Shown here: piece after piece, positions 27,166 through 34,967 of the stretch
Position numbering within the stretch: the first letter of the stretch is position 1
Layout of the letters: every line of letters begins with the position of its first letter
IMG/VR virus record: IMGVR_UViG_3300024344_002536
Span: 1-36,068 of that record
Length of the DNA: 36,068 bases
DNA from: a virus
Lineage: Duplodnaviria; Caudoviricetes
Direction: 5' to 3' (one strand)
Position numbers and translations under genes: made by a program
The notes under the pieces: model-generated
Told to the model about the DNA's origin: nothing
The model's input: only the letters and a program-made list of their open reading frames with translations
Database searches by the model: none

Positions 27166-27598
27166 CAATATTCTAGAAAGGCTCAAGAACCAGACTTATT
27201 GTAGGGTTCAGCCTTCTAGTAAACATGGGGTAGGGGTATTTGCGATCAAGGACATTCCATCTGGAGTTGCTCCTTGGTCCACCCCCAACCACCATTTCTT
27301 CGGAGGCACAGTAAGGGTCACTAGCCACGATATAGACAAGCTAGATGAACCAGTAAAACAAATGCTCCTTGATTACAACCTGTTAACAAACAGAGGTTTG
27401 TTCATCCATCCATGCGAACTAGAAGTTTTACATATAACTCAATTTTTAAATGCTTCTACTGATCCTAATTTAGAACTAAATGAAAACAGAGAAGATCCGT
27501 TTAAAACAATTAAAGAAATAAGAGCAGGGGAAGAACTTACAGTAGATTACCAAAAAGATTTAAAGAAAACTGACTGTAAATATAATTTTTCATATTGA
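27140..27598 (+). CDS. SET-domain protein
   Basis: SSKHGVGVFAIKDIP, FLNASTDPN, IRAGEELTVDY; start uncertain (TTG). Confidence 0.82.
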   Translation: MSPRTLTTNNILERLKNQTYCRVQPSSKHGVGVFAIKDIPSGVAPWSTPNHHFFGGTVRVTSHDIDKLDEPVKQMLLDYNLLTNRGLFIHPCELEVLHITQFLNASTDPNLELNENREDPFKTIKEIRAGEELTVDYQKDLKKTDCKYNFSY

Positions 27599-27610
27599 AG
27601 AAAAAAAGAT

Positions 27611-27639
27611 TTGACTTCAAGTTAAGACCAATATATAAT
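27611..27639 (+). promoter_or_regulatory. sigma70-type promoter
   Basis: TTGACT-17bp-TATAAT, 8 nt before ATG. Confidence 0.75.
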
Positions 27640-27647
27640 ATAAAAAT

Positions 27648-28394
27648 ATGCGAGATACAGATACCGCTAGTACGATAAAGGAAGAAGCTAAAGAGCTTTT
27701 TGAAACTAAAACTGGATTAAAACTCTCCTCTGAGAAAGGAGCTAAAATATTCAATAACGCATTCAATAGTGTGATGGCCACTGCAATGGACAAGACATCT
27801 TGGCGAACCCTTATGACCATAGAAGCATCTAACATACTGCAGGACATGGCAGAAGATTTCGACGCCCTACCGGCTGAGAAGCCCAAGCCCAAGACCAAAC
27901 CTAGGAGCCAAGCAGCAACTAAGACAGAAGAATGGCACATAAAGAACTTCTTAAAGCCAAAGCTTTTTGACAACCCGAAATATATTTTCGAAAAAGATTA
28001 TAAGACTGGTGCTAAAAGCGATTACCTAACTTTCGACTCATCTGTCTGTAATGCGATCAGAAAGACTTTGCTTGCTATTTATTGGGCACACGAAGGGAAA
28101 AAGATGGCAAATGTAAACGATGCCGAACTCTGTAAGGAAGTAGGGGCGCGTATTGGTATAGAAATACCGCTTCACGCCTTTTCAAGACTCAAGTCAAGGA
28201 TGAGAGTACCCGAGCAAAAGAAGCTGATGCGTGGTTATATCTTAAAGCAACAAAGTCTAGGTACTATGAAGTCAAAGTCAAGGAATAGAAAGTCCTCTCC
28301 AACAGTTGACAGGAAAGTTATCACATTAAAGGATCTAAGTATTGACACTGACTATCTAGTACATGAGAATTGGGCTATCAAAAAAAAAGATTAG
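27648..28394 (+). CDS. basic hypothetical protein
   Basis: 248-aa ORF directly behind a promoter. Confidence 0.7.
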   Translation: MRDTDTASTIKEEAKELFETKTGLKLSSEKGAKIFNNAFNSVMATAMDKTSWRTLMTIEASNILQDMAEDFDALPAEKPKPKTKPRSQAATKTEEWHIKNFLKPKLFDNPKYIFEKDYKTGAKSDYLTFDSSVCNAIRKTLLAIYWAHEGKKMANVNDAELCKEVGARIGIEIPLHAFSRLKSRMRVPEQKKLMRGYILKQQSLGTMKSKSRNRKSSPTVDRKVITLKDLSIDTDYLVHENWAIKKKD

Positions 28395-29127
28395 CAACGA
28401 ACGCCCCAGCACTTGCTCTCATGAAGGATGCGATAATAAAATAGATAGATCCAAACGCCCTAGGAGTAAGTTTTGCTCTGATCAGTGTTCCCATCAACAT
28501 CGCTACCAAGAAAGGAAGGCCAATGGCCTTCCTTCTTATTATTCAATGAACCGAGATGAGCGTTTGGGCTATCAAAATAATTATTACAAAGATCCTAAAA
28601 ATTTAGAAAGAAACAGGAACAAAGTTAAAGAAAGGTCTAAGCATCCAGAAGCAAAAAAGAAAAGAGCAAAGAGGGACTCCAAGAGATACAAAGAAGACCC
28701 GAATTATAAACTTAAAGCTTTAATTGGTGGTCGAATTCGAGATGGCCTAGTCAGCATAGGTCAGGGAGGGCATAAGACTGTATCTGGCTTGAGGACGGAG
28801 GAGATACTAGGGACAACCTTGGAAGAAGCAGTAAGGTGGATAGAGTCACAATGGAACGAGGGCATGAGCTGGGATAATCATGGAGCTTTATGGGAGATAG
28901 ACCACTGGGTTCCACAAATTTTTGCTAGAACCAACTGTCCAGAAGATGTTTATGCTCTTAATCATTATACAAATCTGAGGCCAATGTATTGGTTTGATAA
29001 TAATCAAAAAAGTGACGCTTTAAACCTCAAAGACCTAAGAGATGACTTAAAAATAAAATTTGCTTCTATAATTAGCCAAGAAATGAGTAGAACACAAGGA
29101 AAGAGATTGAACAGAGTAAAGGTATGA
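28363..29127 (+). CDS. HNH-like (endonuclease VII-type) homing endonuclease with N-terminal zinc finger
   Basis: CSHEGC...FCSDQC, basic linker, GMSWDNHG..WEIDH..P, HYTNLRPM...N..KS. Confidence 0.75.
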   Translation: MRIGLSKKKISNERPSTCSHEGCDNKIDRSKRPRSKFCSDQCSHQHRYQERKANGLPSYYSMNRDERLGYQNNYYKDPKNLERNRNKVKERSKHPEAKKKRAKRDSKRYKEDPNYKLKALIGGRIRDGLVSIGQGGHKTVSGLRTEEILGTTLEEAVRWIESQWNEGMSWDNHGALWEIDHWVPQIFARTNCPEDVYALNHYTNLRPMYWFDNNQKSDALNLKDLRDDLKIKFASIISQEMSRTQGKRLNRVKV

Positions 29128-29195
29128 AAAGAAAACATTATGACATATTACCCACTGATGTAGAGGGTGAAGATTATACAGTTTGGTTTTGGTGA
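29124..29195 (+). CDS. 23-aa micro-ORF (not in ORF track)
   Basis: MKRKHYDILPTDVEGEDYTVWFW*; ATGA overlap upstream and TGATG overlap downstream. Confidence 0.45.
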   Translation: MKRKHYDILPTDVEGEDYTVWFW

Positions 29196-29698
29196 TGAAA
29201 GTAGAGTTGACAAACAAAGATTGGGCAGAGTTGAGTTTTGCTAACGATTCTAAGGTATCCATCAAAGGAGAGTCAGAAGATAGCTCTTCGTACTTAGTCA
29301 AGTGGTACAAAAGAAGCAAATGTAATGATAACTACGACTTTGTAGGCGACATGGAGATCGCTAAAGGTACATGGGGCGCGTTCCCTTACACAGATATAGA
29401 GCAATGGAAGATTGACTTTTTCGATACTAATGAAAAGTTGATAGCCAGCTTTGATAATAATTTAGCAAATAAACCAGTTATATTAATTGCCAAGACAAAG
29501 CCTAGTAAGGTTGGTAAAGGTATAAACTTTGATAAGATAAAAGAATACTGTACAAATAAAGTAAATGAATTTAATTGTGATTTAAAAGTATACTTTAAAG
29601 ACAGTTCTAAGTTTGATTTCTCAGATGTTAATTTTGAGCCCTTGAGAATGAACGATGATATACCGGATATGTTTTTCGGTTTAGAAAAGGAGTTTTAA
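29195..29698 (+). CDS. hypothetical protein
   Basis: ATG 29195 preferred to TTG 29183; TAATG overlap with next gene. Confidence 0.7.
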   Translation: MKVELTNKDWAELSFANDSKVSIKGESEDSSSYLVKWYKRSKCNDNYDFVGDMEIAKGTWGAFPYTDIEQWKIDFFDTNEKLIASFDNNLANKPVILIAKTKPSKVGKGINFDKIKEYCTNKVNEFNCDLKVYFKDSSKFDFSDVNFEPLRMNDDIPDMFFGLEKEF

Positions 29699-30381
29699 TG
29701 GACAGTTTAATTTATAAAAGAGACGAAGCCTTGCCTAAAGATTTTTGTGATTTTGTTATAAGTAAATTTGAAGGATCTGACAACACAACACAAGGTATAT
29801 CTGGCTCAGGAGTAAACAAAGATATAAAAGACTCTAAAGATTTGATGTTAACAGATCAGCTAGAGGACACTGATTGGAGTTATATATACGATTATCTCAG
29901 GGAAGACCTATTAACCTCTATGGTAGAGTATATGAGACTTCACCCGTTTCTAGTAAGAAAATTAGAAGGTGATCAAACTTTCTCCAGCGAACTCAGTCTC
30001 GTAAGAACTTGTCAAGGTAGATTTTCTGCTGCCACAGTAGGCGTACCACATATGCAGATGCAAAGGTACGTAGATAAAGAGGGCTATCACGCTTGGCATT
30101 ACGAGAACGAAGTTACAGAGGAGACAATGAAGATGCGTCAGATGGCCTTCATGTGGTATTTGAATGATGTATTCGAAGGAGGGGAGACCGAATTTAGATT
30201 TCAGAAAACCAAAGTTGAAGCTCGCACAGGCAGGGCTGTTATATTCCCAGCTTTCTGGACTCACACACACAGAGGGAATAAACCAAGTTCTCAACAAACC
30301 AAATATATAATAACTGGATGGATAGAGAGAAAAGAACCAGAGAACGTCTCTCTTGAATTTTCTAGGGACTATTTCGTTTGA
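29698..30381 (+). CDS. 2OG-Fe(II) oxygenase
   Basis: WHYE, MWYLNDVFEGGETEF, IFPAFWTHTHRG, KYIITGW. Confidence 0.9.
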   Translation: MDSLIYKRDEALPKDFCDFVISKFEGSDNTTQGISGSGVNKDIKDSKDLMLTDQLEDTDWSYIYDYLREDLLTSMVEYMRLHPFLVRKLEGDQTFSSELSLVRTCQGRFSAATVGVPHMQMQRYVDKEGYHAWHYENEVTEETMKMRQMAFMWYLNDVFEGGETEFRFQKTKVEARTGRAVIFPAFWTHTHRGNKPSSQQTKYIITGWIERKEPENVSLEFSRDYFV

Positions 30382-32036
30382 AAGTACTAGAACATAGTTC
30401 ACCTTTAATTATTCCAACCTCTAGATTTAAAAATTTAGAGGATTATCTATCTTCATTATCTAAGTCAAGTAGACATGACCTCAAAAAGGTCTTAGAGTTT
30501 AATTCAGATTTAAAATATACTAAAGTAGACTTTAATCCAGAACAGTGCAGGAGCTACATGGACTTATGGTCTAAATGTAACAACTGGAGTTGGGGCGATT
30601 GGTATTCAGATAGAGAGCTTCAAAGTTTACATAACAGAGGAGTGCTACATTGCTTTAGTAGTGGTATAGCTTATCACTTTGTTTTAAAATGGGGCAACTA
30701 TTTATATTGCAATGCTCCTCTTTACGATACGACTTCCTGTAAGTCAGCAGAAGTTTCCAAGTGGATGTGGGCTAAGCTAGTCGAGTATTGCATTGAAAAC
30801 GATTGGGTAGAGTATGTTGACTTGATGGGGCCAGAGCAATTCAATACCTATGGAGAGGTAATAGCCAATAGACAACATACGAATGAGTCTGGAGACTTCG
30901 GGTATAAATGGAAGTTCATTCCTAAAGCAATAAAAGATGGAGAAGACAAAACCCTCAATCACCTCGAAATAGTTTCAGAGAAAACTTTTTGCTGGAAAGG
31001 TATTCAACTACCACCTAGACCAGACAAACTTTTGGTTGTTGCTCATCCAGATGATGAAGCTATATTCTTTGGGGATTGGCTTATGGAAAACGGTAGTCAC
31101 ACAAAGGTCTTATGTTTGACTTCCTCTATGGATTTTTGGGACTGGCATAATGATAAGAGTAGAACTAGATTTAAGGAATTAAAAGATAGCTTGAATAAAG
31201 CAGGAGTAAAGTATTTCGAGTGTTTAGGTATGGAGACCCCAACTTTAGACCCCCTTCAGCACAAGAGCGATTATAAAAATATTTTAAAAAGAATTAGCTG
31301 GGAAACAGATTGGCAGCAAATTGTAACTCATGGTCAATATGGAGAGTACGGACACGTTCAACATATTGAAACTTACGACATGGTCAAGGATGTATTCGAT
31401 AATGATAAAATTTTCACATACTATAACTCTATAATAAAATTACCAACTAATAGGAAACAAATATTATTAGATCAATATGTTAGTCAGCAAAAACATTGTA
31501 TAAATGAGATAAGGAACAGTGAATGGACAGGGTCTGATTGGTACAAACATACGGTAGGTAAAAATATGATTGATTACGAATCAATTCAGAAGCTAGACCA
31601 TTTAAAAACATCATTGTTAATAGTTCATTACTGGGGAGGGAACAAAGATAGTTATACTTTTGATTTCGCAAAAAGGCTTTCTTATCATCTCGGACTCAGG
31701 GGTCACAATTCAGTAATTTCAAAAATTCTAAATAGCTGGCCTTACGACCAAGACATTACCGCAGTATATAGAAAAGAGGATGCCCTCGAGTGCATAGAAA
31801 ACGATAGACCTTTCTTCTTTTTCATAAATGACGAGGTCCTGTTAAACGAACAAAGTTTTGAAGAACATGGAGAAATCGTTGATAAATCAGTAAAGAGTTT
31901 TACTCAGAGCTGGAAGATGAGAAACCAAATAGGAGATAGAATAAATTTAGTTTGGCTTCCTAGGCATAGAGATTGGTATAGTATTACTAGAAAAGCAGAA
32001 GCACATTTACTTATGGGATTAGTTAGCAATGATTAA
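30378..32036 (+). CDS. multidomain protein: GNAT-like N-terminus plus PIG-L/LmbE deacetylase domain
   Basis: LEDYLSSLSKSSRHDLKK ... EYVDLMG ... YKWKF; VVAHPDDE; THGQYGEYGHVQH. Confidence 0.7.
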   Translation: MKVLEHSSPLIIPTSRFKNLEDYLSSLSKSSRHDLKKVLEFNSDLKYTKVDFNPEQCRSYMDLWSKCNNWSWGDWYSDRELQSLHNRGVLHCFSSGIAYHFVLKWGNYLYCNAPLYDTTSCKSAEVSKWMWAKLVEYCIENDWVEYVDLMGPEQFNTYGEVIANRQHTNESGDFGYKWKFIPKAIKDGEDKTLNHLEIVSEKTFCWKGIQLPPRPDKLLVVAHPDDEAIFFGDWLMENGSHTKVLCLTSSMDFWDWHNDKSRTRFKELKDSLNKAGVKYFECLGMETPTLDPLQHKSDYKNILKRISWETDWQQIVTHGQYGEYGHVQHIETYDMVKDVFDNDKIFTYYNSIIKLPTNRKQILLDQYVSQQKHCINEIRNSEWTGSDWYKHTVGKNMIDYESIQKLDHLKTSLLIVHYWGGNKDSYTFDFAKRLSYHLGLRGHNSVISKILNSWPYDQDITAVYRKEDALECIENDRPFFFFINDEVLLNEQSFEEHGEIVDKSVKSFTQSWKMRNQIGDRINLVWLPRHRDWYSITRKAEAHLLMGLVSND

Positions 32037-32886
32037 TATAATAAAAGGCAAGAAATATTTAATTACAGGAGGCAGCGGCTTCTTAGGGGAAGAGCTTATT
32101 AAGAGGATCTTAACCGAAGGTGGTAAAGTTATAGTAGTAGCTAGAAGTGAAGCTGGGCTAATTAAGACTAAACAAAATTTCCCAGACATTGAATATTATA
32201 CTGGAGATATTGCTGATAAATTTACTTTAAAAAGGTTCAAAGATATTCAAGGTATATTTCATCTTGCTGCATTTAAACACGTTGGCTTAGCCGAAACTCA
32301 AGCTAGAGAATGCACTCTATCAAATGTGGTAGGCTCTATAAACGTATTAGAACACGCAGTAGATATAGAAGTAGAATTTGTTTTAGGTATCAGCACAGAT
32401 AAAGCAGCACAAGTCAAAGGTGTCTATGGAGCATCTAAACTAATAATGGAAAGACTCTTTTTTCAATTTGAGAAAGATCACCCAAAAATAAAGTTTCGTA
32501 CTGTTCGCTACGGCAATGTACTTTATTCGACTGGGTCAGTGTTATGCAAGTGGAGAGATTTACTCAAACAAGGTAAAGAAGTTATAGTAACAGAGGCGGG
32601 AGCTACTAGATTTTTCTGGACAATAGATCAAGCTGTTGATTTAATTTTTGACTGTATGGAATATTCAGAATGCTCTTCTCCATACTTACCAGAAATGAGG
32701 TCTATGAGTATAGGAAATTTGCTGGAAGCAATGGCTTCAAAGTATTTACCAGAAGGGGCCGAACTCAAAGTTAAATCTATTGGGTTACAGCCGGGAGAGA
32801 ATTTACATGAAAGAATACTTGAAGATGGAGCAGCTTCAGATGAAGTGATACAGTTCACTGTGGAAGAAATTAAAGAATTGATATGA
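32029..32886 (+). CDS. PseB/CapD-like UDP-sugar 4,6-dehydratase
   Basis: ITGGSGFLG, FHLAAFKHV, ISTDKA, YGASK, VRYGNV..STGSV, TRFF, GLQPGENLHE. Confidence 0.88.
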   Translation: MINIIKGKKYLITGGSGFLGEELIKRILTEGGKVIVVARSEAGLIKTKQNFPDIEYYTGDIADKFTLKRFKDIQGIFHLAAFKHVGLAETQARECTLSNVVGSINVLEHAVDIEVEFVLGISTDKAAQVKGVYGASKLIMERLFFQFEKDHPKIKFRTVRYGNVLYSTGSVLCKWRDLLKQGKEVIVTEAGATRFFWTIDQAVDLIFDCMEYSECSSPYLPEMRSMSIGNLLEAMASKYLPEGAELKVKSIGLQPGENLHERILEDGAASDEVIQFTVEEIKELI

Positions 32887-33101
32887 GTAAGAAACCCAAA
32901 CCTAAACCCCATAAAGGATGGTATTACAAAGATGGCAAGAAAGTCTCCACAAAGCAGAAGCATAGCGAGACCTATAGTAACGAAGTATACAAATATGTAA
33001 AAGAAGGCGGAGATCTAGGTGGAGCAGGTAAAGGAGATGCCGACAGGACTGGTAACAGGCAGGCTTACAGAGACAACTACGAGGAGATTTTTGAAAAATG
33101 A
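32883..33101 (+). CDS. small hypothetical protein
   Basis: GAGKGD..R...YRDNYEEIF, a pattern seen in small phage proteins; ATGA overlaps at both ends. Confidence 0.7.
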   Translation: MSKKPKPKPHKGWYYKDGKKVSTKQKHSETYSNEVYKYVKEGGDLGGAGKGDADRTGNRQAYRDNYEEIFEK

Positions 33102-34144
33102 GAGTTGCAGTTTGCTTCGCTGGTATACCGTATTATATAAAGCAAAACCAGAGATACTGGCAAGAGTTTATAGAAAAATATAATGCTGATGTATACGGAA
33201 GCCTATGGGACGAAGAGAACGTATACCAAGATGGAGATACAATTGAGGCCTTCTCTCAAGCTTATAACCCAGTCAACTTAGAGGTAGAAAACCAGAAAGC
33301 TTTCATTAAAAGTTTTGCTAGTATAAACCAAGAGTATATTTCTTCTCCTAGTTACTTCAATGATGCAATGGACTTTGCACATAAACATGGTCGGCCATAT
33401 TCAACTTTGTATAAAATATGGAGAGCTAATTTATTGTCAGGAGAAAAAGATTACGATGTAGTTGTTAGAGCAGAGACTTGTAGCTCTTATCCAGATTTAA
33501 AAATTATACAAGACGACGCAATAGCTGTACCTTATTGGCATCATGTGTATCATCAAGGAAATTACAATACCGTAAATTTAAATAACTGGGTAGCTTACGG
33601 CCCCCCTTATCTGATGGATTACTATTGCTCAGCATTTTTAAAATTAAGAAAGTATTATGATGAGTGTTTTATACAACCAGTAGAAAGCTTTATAAACCAT
33701 CACTTAATGCAGAGACCTAATATAAAACTCATGCTTTTCTTCTCAAGGATATACAGAAAAGGAGTTATAAATTGGAACGGAGGTAAGTATAATGAAAAAG
33801 TTGTCCTAGAAGAACCTTGGATTGACTTTACGGGTAACCTAGGTAGAGCAGATGAGAAGCACGCTGACGAATACTTTTCTGGAGGAGACACTTTTGATAC
33901 ATCCTTCTTAAATAAGAAAGGGCATTTAGATTTACATACGATGGCTAAAGAGCCAATTAACATAACTAAACTCAATCTAGAAACAGAAGACAGTAAGGAA
34001 AACAATTACCACAAAGTTCACAAGTTCGATGCCGCCAGCAAAGCGGCTGAAGATTTTTCTTGCCCTGTTCAAGATCAAGACGGGAACTGGAATAGTGAAG
34101 ATAATTGGATAAAATATGACAAGGTTATGAAAGAATATGATTGA
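33098..34144 (+). CDS. glycosyltransferase-like protein, related in layout to 1223..2116
   Basis: RVAVCFAG, STLYKIWRAN, DYDVVVRA, NNWVAYG...MDYY. Confidence 0.55.
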   Translation: MRVAVCFAGIPYYIKQNQRYWQEFIEKYNADVYGSLWDEENVYQDGDTIEAFSQAYNPVNLEVENQKAFIKSFASINQEYISSPSYFNDAMDFAHKHGRPYSTLYKIWRANLLSGEKDYDVVVRAETCSSYPDLKIIQDDAIAVPYWHHVYHQGNYNTVNLNNWVAYGPPYLMDYYCSAFLKLRKYYDECFIQPVESFINHHLMQRPNIKLMLFFSRIYRKGVINWNGGKYNEKVVLEEPWIDFTGNLGRADEKHADEYFSGGDTFDTSFLNKKGHLDLHTMAKEPINITKLNLETEDSKENNYHKVHKFDAASKAAEDFSCPVQDQDGNWNSEDNWIKYDKVMKEYD

Positions 34145-34169
34145 CCTTTTGTAAAGAAATTGATATAAT
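34141..34169 (+). promoter_or_regulatory. sigma70-type promoter, probably leaderless transcript
   Basis: TTGACC-17bp-TATAAT with extended TG; ATG 6 nt downstream. Confidence 0.75.
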
Positions 34170-34175
34170 AAAAAG

Positions 34176-34361
34176 ATGCCAAGGAAGAAGAAGGTTAAGT
34201 CTGAGATGGCTAGAAGGTACAAAGCAGCTTACGACAAGATATACAAAGACTATCCGCTTTGGAAGAAACAAGCAATAGAAGAAGATTGCCCTAAGATAAC
34301 CAAACAATTAGCTGAAGAAGTAATAGAGCTTGCAGAATCAGAGAACGTAAACGATTGGTAG
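34176..34361 (+). CDS. small hypothetical protein
   Basis: 61-aa ORF behind promoter. Confidence 0.65.
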   Translation: MPRKKKVKSEMARRYKAAYDKIYKDYPLWKKQAIEEDCPKITKQLAEEVIELAESENVNDW

Positions 34362-34362
34362 T

Positions 34363-34965
34363 ATGTATTATCTTTCAGATTTAAATAAACTTAACGATAA
34401 AGACAAAGAGCTTAGTCTTAATGATTACTATCTTTTCACTGAAGGCTTTTCTGAAGAAGAATGCTTGAGGATAATTAGAGAAAATTCTGAAAGACTGCAA
34501 GTATCCAAACAAGAACACACCAACCAAGATAAGAGAAATAAATCTTGTACTTTAGGGTTCGTGCCTAATAACTTCTGGATTTATGACAAGCTCTGTGAAT
34601 TTGCTAGAGAGGCAAATAATAGCTGTTGGGACTTTCTTATAAATGGCATCTCAGAAGAGGTAGAGCTAATAAAGTTCTCAGGAGAAACAAGGGACTCAGA
34701 AGCCCCAAGAATAGATATTGGACAAAATTTTAGCTCCGAATGTAAACAGTATAGAAAAATAAGCTTTTATGTTTGCTTGAACGAGACAACCTCCTATGAA
34801 GGAGGGCAACACTTAATACATAATTACGGAACCCCAGTGTACGCAGAAAAAGAAATAGGCACTTGCTTACTCTTTCCCTCTTATATGCTTAATGGAGTTA
34901 CTCCCGTAATAAAAGGAGATAAGTATTGCCTTAAAGGTTATATATATGGGCCTCATTTCAAATAG
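34363..34965 (+). CDS. 2OG-Fe(II) oxygenase-fold protein (PKHD-like) with degenerate iron ligands
   Basis: FSEEEC..I, RKISF...L, YEGG, FPSYML.GVTPV.KG, GPHFK. Confidence 0.75.
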   Translation: MYYLSDLNKLNDKDKELSLNDYYLFTEGFSEEECLRIIRENSERLQVSKQEHTNQDKRNKSCTLGFVPNNFWIYDKLCEFAREANNSCWDFLINGISEEVELIKFSGETRDSEAPRIDIGQNFSSECKQYRKISFYVCLNETTSYEGGQHLIHNYGTPVYAEKEIGTCLLFPSYMLNGVTPVIKGDKYCLKGYIYGPHFK

Positions 34966-34967
34966 AT

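Noticed and set aside
1323-34307. Numerous minus-strand and nested plus-strand ORFs in the track
   Set aside because: All overlap well-supported + strand genes and lack motifs; treated as shadow ORFs
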